Shown: piece after piece, positions 27,945-39,000 of the stretch
Position numbering within the stretch: the first letter of the stretch is position 1
Layout of the letters: the number at the start of each line of letters is the position of its first letter
Assembly: GCA_965200965.1 (NCBI GenBank)
Contig: OZ241744.1
Location: 3,520,562-3,584,561, forward strand
Reading direction: 5' to 3'
Length of the DNA: 64,000 nt
Origin: an uncultured Candidatus Binatia bacterium
GTDB taxonomy: Bacteria > Desulfobacterota > Binatia > Bin18
Translations under genes and position numbers: made by a program
Notes under the pieces: generated by a model
Database searches by the model: none
Seen by the model: only the letters and a program-made list of their open reading frames with translations
What the model was told of the DNA's origin: nothing

Positions 27945-28649
27945 ATGGCAGAACGATTTTTTTCTGAGGATGAGCTGTGCGAGATGGGCAAACGCTCGGT
28001 CGATCGGCTGACCGAGGCGATTGAGGCCGGGGAGAGCGAGGCGGCCAAACGTATCGGTCAGCGGATGTATAAGGAGTTTCTGAGTATGCACGACCTGTAC
28101 CGTAACTGGACGACGGCTATGCTGAGCGAGATCGGCCGCCGATTCGGGGATGAGGTGCTTGATGAGATCATGACCGCGGGGGTCAAAGCTTGGTGGCTGC
28201 CCAACCTGGACAAGATGCCCCAAGGGGCGGATAAGCTGTCCCAGCGGATTAAGATGTTCGTGGCCGGCCTGCGCGGCCATCTCCAGCCGATGGAGATCAC
28301 AGAGGACGACGACAAGGTCGTCATTCAAATGCAGCCCTGCGGCAGCGGTGGACGGCTGGTTCTGGAAGGCAGATATGACGGGCCGGACGGCTTTCTGAAG
28401 GTTGAGAAACCCCAGCGAATGACCTATAACCGGGCCAACTTCCCGGTCTACTGCGCCCACGAACCTCCGATGGAGTTGGTGGACATTGAGAAGAACGGCA
28501 AGCCGTTTGTAGTGGTTGAGCCGGCCGCGGTGTTGGGCAAGCAGCACTGCTCGTTCATTATCTACAAAGACGCGAGCAAGGTGCCGGCCAAATACTACGA
28601 ACGGCTGGGTTTGCAGAAGCCGGAAACAGCCGAGGAGAAGGCCGATTGA
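27945..28649 (+). CDS. hypothetical protein
   Basis: ORF of 234 aa from MAERFF. Coding-like composition, with Cys/His-containing motifs QPCGSGGR and PVYCAHEPP. Family not recognised. Confidence 0.6.
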   Translation: MAERFFSEDELCEMGKRSVDRLTEAIEAGESEAAKRIGQRMYKEFLSMHDLYRNWTTAMLSEIGRRFGDEVLDEIMTAGVKAWWLPNLDKMPQGADKLSQRIKMFVAGLRGHLQPMEITEDDDKVVIQMQPCGSGGRLVLEGRYDGPDGFLKVEKPQRMTYNRANFPVYCAHEPPMELVDIEKNGKPFVVVEPAAVLGKQHCSFIIYKDASKVPAKYYERLGLQKPETAEEKAD

Positions 28650-28711
28650 CGCACGGCAAGATGATGACTGAGGGAAGAGAGCATCGTTCATTGTGGAAAA
28701 AGGAACAGGCT

Positions 28712-29079
28712 ATGATGCAAGCGGGAGTGGGGCTGTCAACCCACAAGGACACATCCGAGGCGGCGCGGGAGGCAAGCCAGACCGACCTCAGCCGGGCCGG
28801 GATTGATCGCGCGGACTTGGCCCTCGTCTTTGCCACAGCCGATCATGGAGCCGGCTACAGCCGGCTCTTGCGCACGGTGCAGACCTCCCCCAGACCCCCA
28901 ATGTCTGGGCTGTGTATATTGCCCAGTATATCGGCGGTGTGCCGATTGTCGGGTTTTTCTCGGGGTGTGAGATTGCGCCCATCCAGCGGGTCGAATCTCT
29001 GCTCCAGTACACTACTGGCGTGCTTGTCCTGGCTGGTGAACGCTCAGCGCCGTTCCACGAGGCGGGGAGCGACCTATGA
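28712..29079 (+). pseudogene. FIST-domain protein remnant (internal deletion plus frame change)
   Basis: A FIST_N-like start MMQAGVGLSTHKDTSEAAREASQTDLSRAGIDRADLALVFATADHGAGYSRLL is joined, out of frame, to a FIST_C-like end VPIVGFFSGCEIAPIQRVESLLQYTTGVLVLAGER. About 120 codons remain where roughly 380 are expected. Confidence 0.5.
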
Positions 29080-29282
29080 GCAGAGACGAGTTCATTCAGA
29101 AAATTGCCAAGGGTATGGACCTGCCTGTTGCTTTGCTCAAACGGCTGACCGCGCCGCGCGCCCAGGGTGACACATAAGACAGCGGCTGTGGCTGTTGCGT
29201 ATGCCGCGCATGGACGAAATTGAGGAGTTTCACCTTGAAGTGCGCTTTGCCTCCTCCGGCTGGCGCACCGCCCTGCGCTCGT

Positions 29283-30533
29283 TCATTGAGGACTAGGAAG
29301 GTGCGTCCCGTCTCGGCCGGTGCAGATCGCTTGGTTGTGCTTCAGGTATTCCAGCAGGGCTTCCGCAGCCCACTGATGGCCGGCAGGGTTCCAATGCGTG
29401 TCATGGGCCCAACGGGACTCCTGCCACACAATGCCCCGGCTGGCCAGGTAGTCATTCAGGTTGACGATGGGAATCTCCCGGTCCGTGGCCAGGGAAGTCA
29501 CAAGCGTCCTCATCTGGCGATCCAACTGGATCTGGAGCAGGAGCAGCGCAAAATTATCATGGGCGGCGCGTTGCTTGAATTGATCCAAGGCGAAAGCTGT
29601 GAAGTCCACGGCGTCTTTGAAGGCAGACGGGGGGTCGTCCATAAAGAATTCGTCGGCCAATTCTACACTCCCTATATAGTCGTCGGCAGGTTGCCAGTCC
29701 CCGAATGCATCACGGTACTGGGGATACAGGTTCTTGAGCGCTTCTAGGCGAGCAAACACTCCCATGGCCCACAGGTTGTTATCGGGGGGAAGTAGCTGAA
29801 GGTCGTGGGCTAGGATATGCGAGGACCTGAATAGCGAGGATATTTTTCCCATCAGAGTGTCTGCAGAAGGCTGAGATTTCCGGAGAGGCATCTTTTCCGG
29901 CTCATGGTAGGGTGGTATCAGCATGATCGTTCCGTTGAGGCTTCTTTTCGCATAGGAACGCGGCATCCTGTCCGGCCTCCAGCCCATTGCCGCTGCTGTC
30001 AGAAGGTTGGAATTGTCGACCAAATCGTTGTAGGTGACGGCCAGGACCACCAGCTTCGGACTCAGCCACCGCGCGTATGCGTCGTACAACCGCAGTTGAG
30101 CGACTTGCCCGGTGGCGTTCACCCCGAAGGCCGAGGTGGTTACATTCAGATGGGGCAACTCTCGGGCAGCGAGTTCTTCGAGCCGAACATGGGATTTGTC
30201 CGCAATGAACACTTCGTATGCCGCTACGAAGGAATCACCGATCAGGGAGATGTGGCAACTCCTGGCGGCTTGCTCAGGGCTGATGGGTTCACGGTCGAGA
30301 AAACCCAGGCTGTTGGTCCGAGATACAGTCCAGTAATCAAGTCTGTTCGTATAGTTCACCTCTGCGTTGGGTTCAAGACCAATGCCCACCCCCGGCCGGA
30401 AACGTATGGGCAGAAACGAGTCTGTGAACGGCATCGTCTGCCAGTGGTAGAGTTCTTTCGCAAGCAGAATCCCGCCCACGCCCACGATGATGAACATGGT
30501 GTTCCAGCCGATCACTCGCAACAGAAGGGCCAT
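29283..30533 (-). CDS. membrane-anchored SGNH/AlgJ-like hydrolase or O-acyltransferase (catalytic motifs intact)
   Basis: ATG at 30533. N-terminal TM helix, block I ISLIGDSF, and a C-terminal AHDTHWNPAGH (AlgX/AlgJ-type D-x-H-W). Confidence 0.65.
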   Translation of the reverse strand: MALLLRVIGWNTMFIIVGVGGILLAKELYHWQTMPFTDSFLPIRFRPGVGIGLEPNAEVNYTNRLDYWTVSRTNSLGFLDREPISPEQAARSCHISLIGDSFVAAYEVFIADKSHVRLEELAARELPHLNVTTSAFGVNATGQVAQLRLYDAYARWLSPKLVVLAVTYNDLVDNSNLLTAAAMGWRPDRMPRSYAKRSLNGTIMLIPPYHEPEKMPLRKSQPSADTLMGKISSLFRSSHILAHDLQLLPPDNNLWAMGVFARLEALKNLYPQYRDAFGDWQPADDYIGSVELADEFFMDDPPSAFKDAVDFTAFALDQFKQRAAHDNFALLLLQIQLDRQMRTLVTSLATDREIPIVNLNDYLASRGIVWQESRWAHDTHWNPAGHQWAAEALLEYLKHNQAICTGRDGTHLPSPQ

Positions 30534-30564
30534 GTTCCCTTTTAGGCTGTGTATATTCAATTCT

Positions 30565-31740
30565 TCACCCAGTGCAGATCGTCGGGTTGTGCTCCAGGTA
30601 TTCCAGCAGGGCTTCCGCAGCCCACTGATGGCCGTCGGGGTTCCAGTGCCTGTTATGGGGCCACCGGGCCCCCTGCGGCGCAATGCCCCGGCTGGTCAGG
30701 TAGTCATCCAGGCTGACGATGGGAATCTCCCGGTCCGTGGCCAGGGAAGTCACAAGCACATTCAGTCGGAAATCCGGCAGCTGGTCGGGCAACAGTATCA
30801 GCAGGGCAAACCCATCACGGGCGGCACGTTGCTTGAATTGATCCAAGGCGAAAGCTGTGAAGTCCACGGCGTCTTTGAAGACAGGCGGGGGGTCGTCCAC
30901 AAAGAATTCGTCGGCCAATTCTGCACTCGACGAGTCACCGTCACGAGGTTGCCAGTCCCCGAATGTGTCACGGTACTGGGGATACACGCTCTTAAGCAGT
31001 TCCACTCGCCTACGATACTGTTGTTGATTTCCTGCGGGGCCGGAGGGCTCGGATTCGAGAGGCTCATAGTACTTGTCAAAGTTCCATTCTGGATGAGAAA
31101 CGGGCGGTGTCAGCTTGATCGTTCCGTCTGGGCTTCTTTCCGCATAGAAATACGGCATCCTGTCCGGCCCCCAGCCCTTTAGCACTGCTGTCAGGAGCTT
31201 GGAATTGTCGACCAAATCGTCGCGAGAAAATTCCAGGACTACCAGCTTCGGGGTCAGCCTGCGTGCGTATACATCGTAGAGCGCCAGTTGATTGATCTGC
31301 CCGGTGGCCCCTAGCCCGAAGGCCGATGTGGTCACATCCAGATTGGACAGTCGCTGAAGAGCGAGTTCTTCGAGCCGAACTTGGAGTTTGTCCGCAATGG
31401 GCACTGACGGTGCCTCCACATTGCTGCCGAGGATGGTGATGTGACAAGTCCCGGCGGCTCGCTCAGGACTGATGGGTTCACGGTCGAGAAAACCCAGGCT
31501 GTTGGTCCGGGATATGGTCCAGAAATTGTGCCCGTCCGTCCAGCGCACCTCCTCGTTGGGCTCAAGAATATAGCCCACCTCCGGAACGAAACGCATGGGC
31601 CGCTGTTGGTCTGTGAACGGCGTCTCCGGACGGAAGTGGAGTTCTCTGGTAAGCAGAGTTAAGCCCACGCCTACGGCTATCCAGAATGCGCTCCAGCCAA
31701 CTGTTCGCACTATACGGGAGGGGGGTGAGGAATCCGTCAT
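30565..31740 (-). CDS. paralog of 29283-30533 with degenerate catalytic motifs
   Basis: ATG at 31740 after GGAGG. Same architecture, but block I reads ITILGSNV and the C-terminal motif reads PHNRHWNPDGH, so both the Ser and the Asp are lost. Confidence 0.65.
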   Translation of the reverse strand: MTDSSPPSRIVRTVGWSAFWIAVGVGLTLLTRELHFRPETPFTDQQRPMRFVPEVGYILEPNEEVRWTDGHNFWTISRTNSLGFLDREPISPERAAGTCHITILGSNVEAPSVPIADKLQVRLEELALQRLSNLDVTTSAFGLGATGQINQLALYDVYARRLTPKLVVLEFSRDDLVDNSKLLTAVLKGWGPDRMPYFYAERSPDGTIKLTPPVSHPEWNFDKYYEPLESEPSGPAGNQQQYRRRVELLKSVYPQYRDTFGDWQPRDGDSSSAELADEFFVDDPPPVFKDAVDFTAFALDQFKQRAARDGFALLILLPDQLPDFRLNVLVTSLATDREIPIVSLDDYLTSRGIAPQGARWPHNRHWNPDGHQWAAEALLEYLEHNPTICTG

Positions 31741-31902
31741 TTCATAGTACCTCCGCTCAAAATTGGTCTTTACAATCATAGAGAGTCTGTGAGCGAACTG
31801 TCAATACCCCAAGGCACGGACCAGAATGATCAGCCACGCCGCGGTAGTGACTCAGATGCCCTTGTTCGTCCCCTCCAGGGCGGCGCGGTGCCTCAGGCTG
31901 AC

Positions 31903-34056
31903 CTACCGCCGACCCGCGGCGGCGTCTAATGTCGAGCCGAATCGTGCCTGTCCGCAGTTGGGACCGTCGCGGAGGTCCGGCCGGTTCGGGGCGTCCCTGA
32001 GCAATTGAGACACATCGTTGATTACTGATACTGTTTCTACGCGAACCGGCTGTATGGCCTCTTTGGGCAACAGAAGGGTGTCCATGCAGAAACGCGGATG
32101 TCTCTTCCTTGCCGTCGTCCACCAGTTCTCACACGGATTTGAGATGCCGGTGATCCTGCCTTCTCGATCAAGGAGGACAAGTAGTGACGATTCCTCTTGT
32201 CCAGCCTCACATTCCCTGGCAAAAATCTGTATCATTCTTCCGTCAACGACGCCTCCTATCTTATCCGTTTTGAAGTCGAAGTGCGGCTCCATTCGGCTCC
32301 AGAACCAGTGTGCTGGATCACGCCCGTTTTGCGGCATTCGTGGCGACTCTGCCGACCAGAGCATGAAGGCGTAGGGAAGACGATTCTTAAGGGTGAGGAA
32401 GGGAGCAGTTTCAAAATGGATGTTCTCAAAATATGATCTGAGGCGACCAGCGTTAGCGAAATGCGTGATCCCGAACATCCGAACGAAAAACTCGACGTTC
32501 CTCGTGAAGTGTATATTGCTACTTTTCGGGAGGAGCGTTTTCCACACGCCTCTCTCACGCTGCACCCGTAGATACTCGTATGAATTGACTACTCCATCGA
32601 GATTGACGACTGGAAACCGGGAGAAGTATCCTAACACGCCGGCGTCCCACGCACCGATTAGACTTCCCTCGGGCAGGATTCTGTTCATCAGCAGTGTGCC
32701 GGCATAGGAAGATATAGTCCAGTTCAATTTGCTGTGCTTGCTACGGTCTTCAACGTACTGCCATGGAGCGGAGAAATCCGTGCTTGCGAAGAGAACAACC
32801 GCAGTAGAAACAAGAATACCTGTCTTCAACACGTTCGCAACACGAGGATTTTTCGGCCCGATAACACAGCGGATGAAGAAAACGGCAATGTAACATCGCA
32901 TGGGGACAATCAGCGCCATCATGAGATAAGCTGGGCCGTAATACCAGTCTCTGATTCGGCTGGGGTGCAGCGTCAGCACACTCTGCCCGAATTGGGCGAG
33001 ATGCCCTGCGGCCAAACCGAACAGGCCGACCAGAAAGACCAGAACTAAGCAATCCTTGTTGTTGAATCGCCGGCAGACCCCCCAGACCAGCAGGAAATAG
33101 GCACAGCATTCCAGGGCCACGACAAGTTCCCCATCAAAAAAGCGGCTCGCCATGACTGCTTGGAAGTTCCGGACAAAGCTGTATCCGCCCTCCTCCTGCT
33201 CCCACAGTGCCTGACTTAGAAGTTGTCCGGTCATGCCGCTCACGGGGACGAGGCCGCCGAAGACGAGACCGTTCCAGGCGAAGTACAGCAGGAGGCCCGC
33301 GCCCGCGCCGAGCAACGGGGGGAATGCAGCAAGCGAGGGGGTAGCGCGAACCGCGCCGGCAAAGAGCCGTCCATCTGCTGGTCCAGCTCGCCCCGCCCAT
33401 TCGATGCAACACAAGGCCCCGGTCGTCGCCAGCGAGATGGCGACATACTCCAGGCGGACCCACGGCAAGACGAAAGCCACAGTGGTCAGCACCCACCGCC
33501 ACCGCAGCGGATTCCGCGCAAAAAGCCCGAGAGCAACAAAGAGCAACCCCAGCATGAACAGCCCCGCCGCGGTTTCTAATCCCAGAAGGAGGCCGTTGTG
33601 ATGATACAGCGCCGGTAACACGGCAAACAGCAGGAGCCAGGGCAGGTGCGCCAAGCGGGCGGCCACTACAACCAACGCCGCGGTGCCGGCGAGCAGCATG
33701 ATTTCGATGACCTTGATGGCGAACAGCGCGGTATCCGGGTCGCATATCCAGTAGACCGGTGTGATGAGCAGCATCCACACCGGATGATAGCCGTTGGTTC
33801 GGGTGAGGCCGCGGTCGAAGGTGGAGAAGTGGCCGTCCGCAAGGTTTTTCGCAATCTGGAAATAATAGAAGGCATCATCCATGTATGTATGGATGATGGT
33901 GAGAAGGTCGAAGCGCCAGAGCAGGTAGCCGGCAAACGAAGCCCCGTAGGCCAGGATGCCGAGCAGAAACAGGACAAGTGGCAGATGCCGCGTCGTCCGG
34001 TGGTTGGAGACCGCAGGGTGCAACGATGATGTAAGGTCTTTGATTCGGCCTGCCAC
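31903..34056 (-). CDS. GT-C-fold-like polytopic membrane glycosyltransferase candidate with a large C-terminal soluble domain
   Basis: About 12 TM-like segments. First-loop motif YMDDAFYYFQIAKNLADGHFSTFDRGLTRTNGYHPVW. The ORF is open to 34254 but would overlap the upstream peptidase gene; a GTG at 34056 with GGAG 9 nt upstream is proposed as the start. Confidence 0.55.
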   Translation of the reverse strand: MAGRIKDLTSSLHPAVSNHRTTRHLPLVLFLLGILAYGASFAGYLLWRFDLLTIIHTYMDDAFYYFQIAKNLADGHFSTFDRGLTRTNGYHPVWMLLITPVYWICDPDTALFAIKVIEIMLLAGTAALVVVAARLAHLPWLLLFAVLPALYHHNGLLLGLETAAGLFMLGLLFVALGLFARNPLRWRWVLTTVAFVLPWVRLEYVAISLATTGALCCIEWAGRAGPADGRLFAGAVRATPSLAAFPPLLGAGAGLLLYFAWNGLVFGGLVPVSGMTGQLLSQALWEQEEGGYSFVRNFQAVMASRFFDGELVVALECCAYFLLVWGVCRRFNNKDCLVLVFLVGLFGLAAGHLAQFGQSVLTLHPSRIRDWYYGPAYLMMALIVPMRCYIAVFFIRCVIGPKNPRVANVLKTGILVSTAVVLFASTDFSAPWQYVEDRSKHSKLNWTISSYAGTLLMNRILPEGSLIGAWDAGVLGYFSRFPVVNLDGVVNSYEYLRVQRERGVWKTLLPKSSNIHFTRNVEFFVRMFGITHFANAGRLRSYFENIHFETAPFLTLKNRLPYAFMLWSAESPRMPQNGRDPAHWFWSRMEPHFDFKTDKIGGVVDGRMIQIFARECEAGQEESSLLVLLDREGRITGISNPCENWWTTARKRHPRFCMDTLLLPKEAIQPVRVETVSVINDVSQLLRDAPNRPDLRDGPNCGQARFGSTLDAAAGRR

Positions 34057-34108
34057 CGCTAGTCGGCTCCATGTGGTGGGAATGATTGCCGGTGCCGCTC
34101 TTCCCTCG

Positions 34109-36028
34109 TTACAGATTTTCAATGTGGACCGACTCAACCGGCTCGGCCAGCTCAAAGCCGAAGATGCGTGAATAAAAATACAGTTCGCCGTCCAGCGCCC
34201 GCCTGATGTTCTCGGCCCGGCGGAAGCCGTGCTGCTCGCCGGCAAAGGCCACATGGGCGACCGGCAGCCCTTTGGCCCGCAGCGCGGCGGCCATCAACTC
34301 GGCCTGATTGGGTGGGACAACTCTATCCTCCAGCCCCTGGAACAGGATTAGTGGGCAGGACAGGCGGGCGGTAGAATGGATCGGCGAGCGCTGCCGATAG
34401 AGCGCCCGCTGTTCGGGGTAAGGGCCGATCAGGCTGTCAAGATAGCGGGACTCAAACTTATGCGTGTCCCGGGCCAAGCCCTCCAGGTCGCAGATGCCGT
34501 AGTGGCTGGCCCCGGCTCGAAACAGGTCCCGAAAGGTAAGCGCGCACAGCGTCGTATAGCCGCCGGCGCTGCCGCCGGTGATGGCCAGGCGCTGGCCGTC
34601 AACCCGTCCCTGCTGAACCAGATGGCGCGCCCCGTGCACGCAGTCATCCACATCGACAACGCCCCACTGGCCGTTCAGCCGCTGGCGATAGGCCCGGCCA
34701 TAGCCGGTGCTGCCGCCATAGTTCACGTCCAGCACGGTAATGCCGCGGCTCGTCCAATACTGGATAGCCAGACTGAGGGTCGAGCCGGCAGCCGCGGTTG
34801 GCCCGCCGTGGCTCTTGACTACCAGCGGCGGGCGCTCGTCCGCGGGCGCGCTGTAGTCCTGGTTACATGGCGGGTAAAACAGCGCGTGGGCGGTGCGGCC
34901 GCCCTCGGTCGGGAACTCAAGCGGCTGCGGACGGGAGAGATAGCCGGCGTCAATCTCGATATCGCTGGAGCGACGCAGTACGCTCAGCCGTTGCGAAGCC
35001 AGTTCAAGCTGGACAATACAGGCCGGCTTGGTCGGTGAGCCGGCGCTGAAGACCACCCGGTCGGGAGCTACCCGCAGGCCGGAAATAGCGGTGTAGGGGA
35101 TGGCGATGTCTTCCAGACGCCTGGTGCGGGTATCGAGGCTGGCCAGCCGCCAAGTTCCGTTTTGCGTGTAGGCGCAAATAATGCGCTCGGCGCTGGCAAA
35201 GCCATAGGTAGACATGCCAAACGCCCATTGGGGTAGGCCAAACTCGGCCGCGATGTCACACAGGGCTTCGACCTGCCCATCCCGGAACCGATAGATATTC
35301 CACCAGTCGGTGCGGTCGGAGACAAAATACAGCTCGCCGTCCGGCGACCACTCGGGCTGGAAGATGGATTCGTCAGCCCCGCCGGCAATGCGCTCCAAAC
35401 CGCCCGGCGAGCCGTCGGCCTGAAGCCTTGCGTACCACAGTTCAACGCCGTCCCAGGGCATATTGGGATGGTTCCAGCTCAGCCAGGCCAAGTGCCGGCC
35501 GTCAGGGCTGAGGCGCGGGCTGGAGTAGAAATCATGGCCGGAAACGAGTATCCGACTGGTGCCCGAGTCCAGGTCAAGGCCGACAATGGTGTTGACCGCT
35601 TCACGCTCGGCCTGACGGTGATCTTCCCGCACGCAGAGCAGACGGTTGTGCGTCCGGTCGATCACACTATCGGCATAGCGCAGGTTGTCTGCCTGGCTGA
35701 GGGGCTGGGGCGCGTCAGCCCCCTGCTGGCGGTACACGCGCTGGTCGGCAAAGTTGGAGAAATAGAGGCTGCCGTTCTGGACAACATAGGCCCCGCCGCC
35801 GTACTCGTGGACCCGGGTGCGGGCATTGAACGGCGGTGGGGTGCGGTCTAGCGTCCGACCGTCCGGGGTACGCTGGACGACGACATTGCGCCCGTCCTCG
35901 GTCGGACGCTGCTCAATCCAGTAGACATCGTTCCCGTCAAACGCAAGCTGCCCCAGATCAACCACTGCCGACACGATCAGTTCCGAGGTGATGGGCGATT
36001 TCCAAGAGCCATACGGCGCACTTGTCAT
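34109..36028 (-). CDS. S9 family serine peptidase (prolyl oligopeptidase / acylaminoacyl peptidase type)
   Basis: N-terminal beta-propeller region and a C-terminal alpha/beta fold with the nucleophile elbow GGSAGGY. Confidence 0.85.
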   Translation of the reverse strand: MTSAPYGSWKSPITSELIVSAVVDLGQLAFDGNDVYWIEQRPTEDGRNVVVQRTPDGRTLDRTPPPFNARTRVHEYGGGAYVVQNGSLYFSNFADQRVYRQQGADAPQPLSQADNLRYADSVIDRTHNRLLCVREDHRQAEREAVNTIVGLDLDSGTSRILVSGHDFYSSPRLSPDGRHLAWLSWNHPNMPWDGVELWYARLQADGSPGGLERIAGGADESIFQPEWSPDGELYFVSDRTDWWNIYRFRDGQVEALCDIAAEFGLPQWAFGMSTYGFASAERIICAYTQNGTWRLASLDTRTRRLEDIAIPYTAISGLRVAPDRVVFSAGSPTKPACIVQLELASQRLSVLRRSSDIEIDAGYLSRPQPLEFPTEGGRTAHALFYPPCNQDYSAPADERPPLVVKSHGGPTAAAGSTLSLAIQYWTSRGITVLDVNYGGSTGYGRAYRQRLNGQWGVVDVDDCVHGARHLVQQGRVDGQRLAITGGSAGGYTTLCALTFRDLFRAGASHYGICDLEGLARDTHKFESRYLDSLIGPYPEQRALYRQRSPIHSTARLSCPLILFQGLEDRVVPPNQAELMAAALRAKGLPVAHVAFAGEQHGFRRAENIRRALDGELYFYSRIFGFELAEPVESVHIENL

Positions 36029-36072
36029 AGTGCTCCCTTCGATGTGGAGGACGCGCTGAAGCCGTGCCGCGT

Positions 36073-39000
36073 CTAGGCGAACAACTCCAGTTGGGTGTCT
36101 TTCCTGGGCTTTCGGGCAAGCTGCGAATGCCGGCGCTCCAGCAGCCGCTCTTCAATATCGGCCAAGTAGGGGGAGGGCGGCAGCTCACGGATTGTGCCCC
36201 ACCAGCGGCGTTTCCTGGCCCGACACAGGTACAGCTTTGTCTTGGCCCGGGTGACGCCGACATAGAAGACCCGGCGCTCCTCGTCGAGGTCGGCCTGCGC
36301 GGTCGCCCCCCACCGCAAGGGCAGGAGGCCATCCTCACAGCCGACAATAAACACCACCGGAAACTCCAGCCCCTTGGCGGCGTGCAGGGTCAGCAGCGAA
36401 ATCCGGTCGGCGCGCGGGTCCCAGCTGTCAATCTGGCTCTCCAGGGCCAGTGCGGACAGGAAGCCTTGGCTGTCTTTTCCACACGCCTCGGCCAGCGGCT
36501 TGAGGAGTTCATACGCCTCGGCTTGGTGCCCGAGCTGCTTGTGCGCCGCTTGAAGCTGCTCACCAACGGCCCCGGCGTAGGGCTGCGCGCGGAGCTGCTC
36601 AATCAGCGCACTCACGCCTGGATGGTCCAGCAGGCGGTTGTGCGAGCGTTTCTGAAACGGCATGCCGGAGCGTTGCAGGGCTGTGACCAAGGCCACGGCC
36701 TGCCCCTCGGTACGGTACAGCACCGCAAAATCGGAGAACGACACGTCCTGCCCCTCGGCGTCCGCGGAGCGACCGCTGTCAATAGAGAAGAAACTATGCC
36801 CGCCCAGCGTGTGTTCCAGTGCCTGAATGATGAACTCAGCCTCGGCTTGTTCGGTCGGCGCTTCATGGACGGTAATCAGGTTGGGCGCGTTGTCGAGAAC
36901 CGGGACAGAGTGTTGAGCCGAGGTCGCCATGACCTGGGCCGAGAACCTGACGATATTCTGGTCGGAGCGATAGTTGCGGGTCAGCCGCACCACCTGAGCT
37001 GTCGGAAAGTCGCGCTGAAACTCCGAGAAAAAGCGCACATCCGCACCCCGGAAGCTATAGATGGCTTGGTCGGGGTCGCCAATGGCGCAGATGTTGCCGT
37101 CCGCGGGAACGAGTTGTTTGATGAACCGGACCTGCCGCTCATCAACATCCTGGTACTCGTCGATACACACCCACCGATAGCGCTGCCGATAGTGGGCCTG
37201 GAGGCCGGGGTTGGACTCCAGGGCGTCGGCAGCCCGGATTACGAGGTCATCAAAATCGATCCAGTTGCGTGCCTCCAGCGCTCGCTGGTAGGCCGCGTAG
37301 ACGGCATTCAGCTTCACGTCGATTGCCGCTGTCGGCGTCCGTTTGGCGCGGGAGAGAGCGGCGATTTGGCCGCGGGCCGTTTTTTCAGATACGCCCAGGG
37401 CGTCTTGGAGCAGGTGCAGCCGTTCGGCCTCCGAGGCCAGCCGAAAGCCGCGCTGTAGACCAGCCGCGTTCCAGTCGGCCTGGAGGATGGACAGGGCTAC
37501 CGAGTGAAAGGTTCCCACGGTGAGCTGCCGCCACCCGTCGGGCAGCAAGGTTTGCAGGCGAGCGCGCAGTTCGTCGGCCGCCCGTCTGGTGAAGGTGAGG
37601 ACCAGACAGTGGGCCGGCGGGACGGCATGCCTGGTGATGAGAGCGGCGAGACGGTGGGTGAGGGTTGTGGTTTTTCCCGATCCAGGACCCGCCACAATGA
37701 GCACCGGACCGGAGGTGATTTCGGCTGCCCGGCGCTGCTCGGCGTCGAGCTCGACCAAAATATCGGCCGGCGGGTCGGCCGGAATCGCTCGGCTTGGCGG
37801 CTGAGGACGCGGAGCGTCCGGGCGGACCGGGCGGTTGATGACCGCCTGTCCCTCGGCCACCGGCGGAACCGGCGATCTGGGGTGTTCGTCTTGAAACAAT
37901 GTCGCCCCGCCCGCCTGCCGGCGCAGTTCGGCGTCTCGGAAGAGCCGAATGGTGCCGTACACGCCGTCGTAGCCGGCCTCTCGGATCACTTCCTGCTTGC
38001 GTAACCGAGACACCGCCTCGGTGAGGAGCGGCGCGTTGGCGTGCTGAACGTCTTCCAGCGGCAAGCTGGTGAGGAGTTGGAGTTCGGGCCCCAGCCGACC
38101 TAACAGGCTTTCATACTGGTGGCTGATTTTTTTACTTTTGGGGCCGACCTGATAAATTTCGGACAGCATCTCGGACAGTGGAACCAAGCCGCGGGCGCTG
38201 CCGGCCGTCTGGGGTGGCGTTGTCTTTTCTCCGCGGTCGGCCAAGTCTTCAACCCGGTGCATGACGCCGACGGTCAGCGGCTTGCCGCAGGCCGGACACC
38301 GGCCCTGGTGGTGACGGGTCTCAGCCGGAGAGAAGCGGATATTGCAGTTGCGGTGGCCGTCGAGATGATACTTGCCCTCTTCGGGGAAAAACTCCAGCGT
38401 ACCCTCATAGCCTTGACCCGTTTCCAAGGCCCGGCGCAGGGAAAAATAGTCCAGTTCAGTGTTGAAGACGCACACCTCCCGGCCCAGCTTTTCGGGCGAG
38501 TGGGCGTCAGAGTTCGACACCAGCCGAAAACGGTCCAGAGACGACACCCGCCAGTTCATTGCCGGGTCTGAGGACAGCCCCGTCTCAACGGCAAAGATGT
38601 GGGGGGCCAAGTCGGCATAACAGTCGTCAATGGCGTCAAAGCCCGACTTTGAACCGAGGGCGGCAAACCACGGCGTCCAGATATGGGCCGGCACGAGGTA
38701 AGTGCCCGGACCCGACTCCAGGGCGATCTCCAAGAGATGCCGGGAATCCAGACCCAGGATCGGTCGACCGTCCGATCGCAGGTTGCCGATTTTGGACAGG
38801 CTGTGAATCACCCGCTCGGTCGCTTCAAAATCCGGGGTATAGAGCAGATGGTGGATTTTGCGCGTCTTGTCACTCTTTTTGTAGATGGTCGAGATTTCAA
38901 CCGACAGCATAAAACGGGTGGCCGTCTGACCGCTCCGGCAAGCTAGTGGCAGTTGTTGCTCAACCGCTTTCTCCAGCTCGGGCCGCAGGCGAAACAGGCC

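Larger units (their letters stand above)
29283..31740 (-). repeat. tandem gene duplication (two SGNH/AlgJ-like paralogs)
   Basis: The 3' ends align base for base: about 90% identity by manual alignment over the last 190 or so nt, and 4 mismatches in a further 96-nt stretch. The central regions are diverged. Confidence 0.85.

Noticed and set aside
29076-29296. Two small ORFs after the FIST remnant (33 aa MSRDEFIQKIAKGMDLPV..., 29076-29177; 31 aa MPRMDEIEEFHLEVRF..., 29201-29296).
   Set aside because: There is no recognisable family, no convincing RBS, and the second overlaps the 3' end of the convergent SGNH gene. They may be further gene fragments, but the evidence is insufficient to call them.
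36064-37458. Long antisense or shadow ORFs inside GC-rich genes (for example 36064-37458, 41250-42599, 44905-45909, 55858-56883, 27843-28691, 7472-8023, 34376-35038).
   Set aside because: Their translations are low-complexity and Arg/Gly/Pro/Ala-rich with no motifs. Each fully overlaps a strand with a clearly recognisable protein family, which is typical of high-GC DNA.
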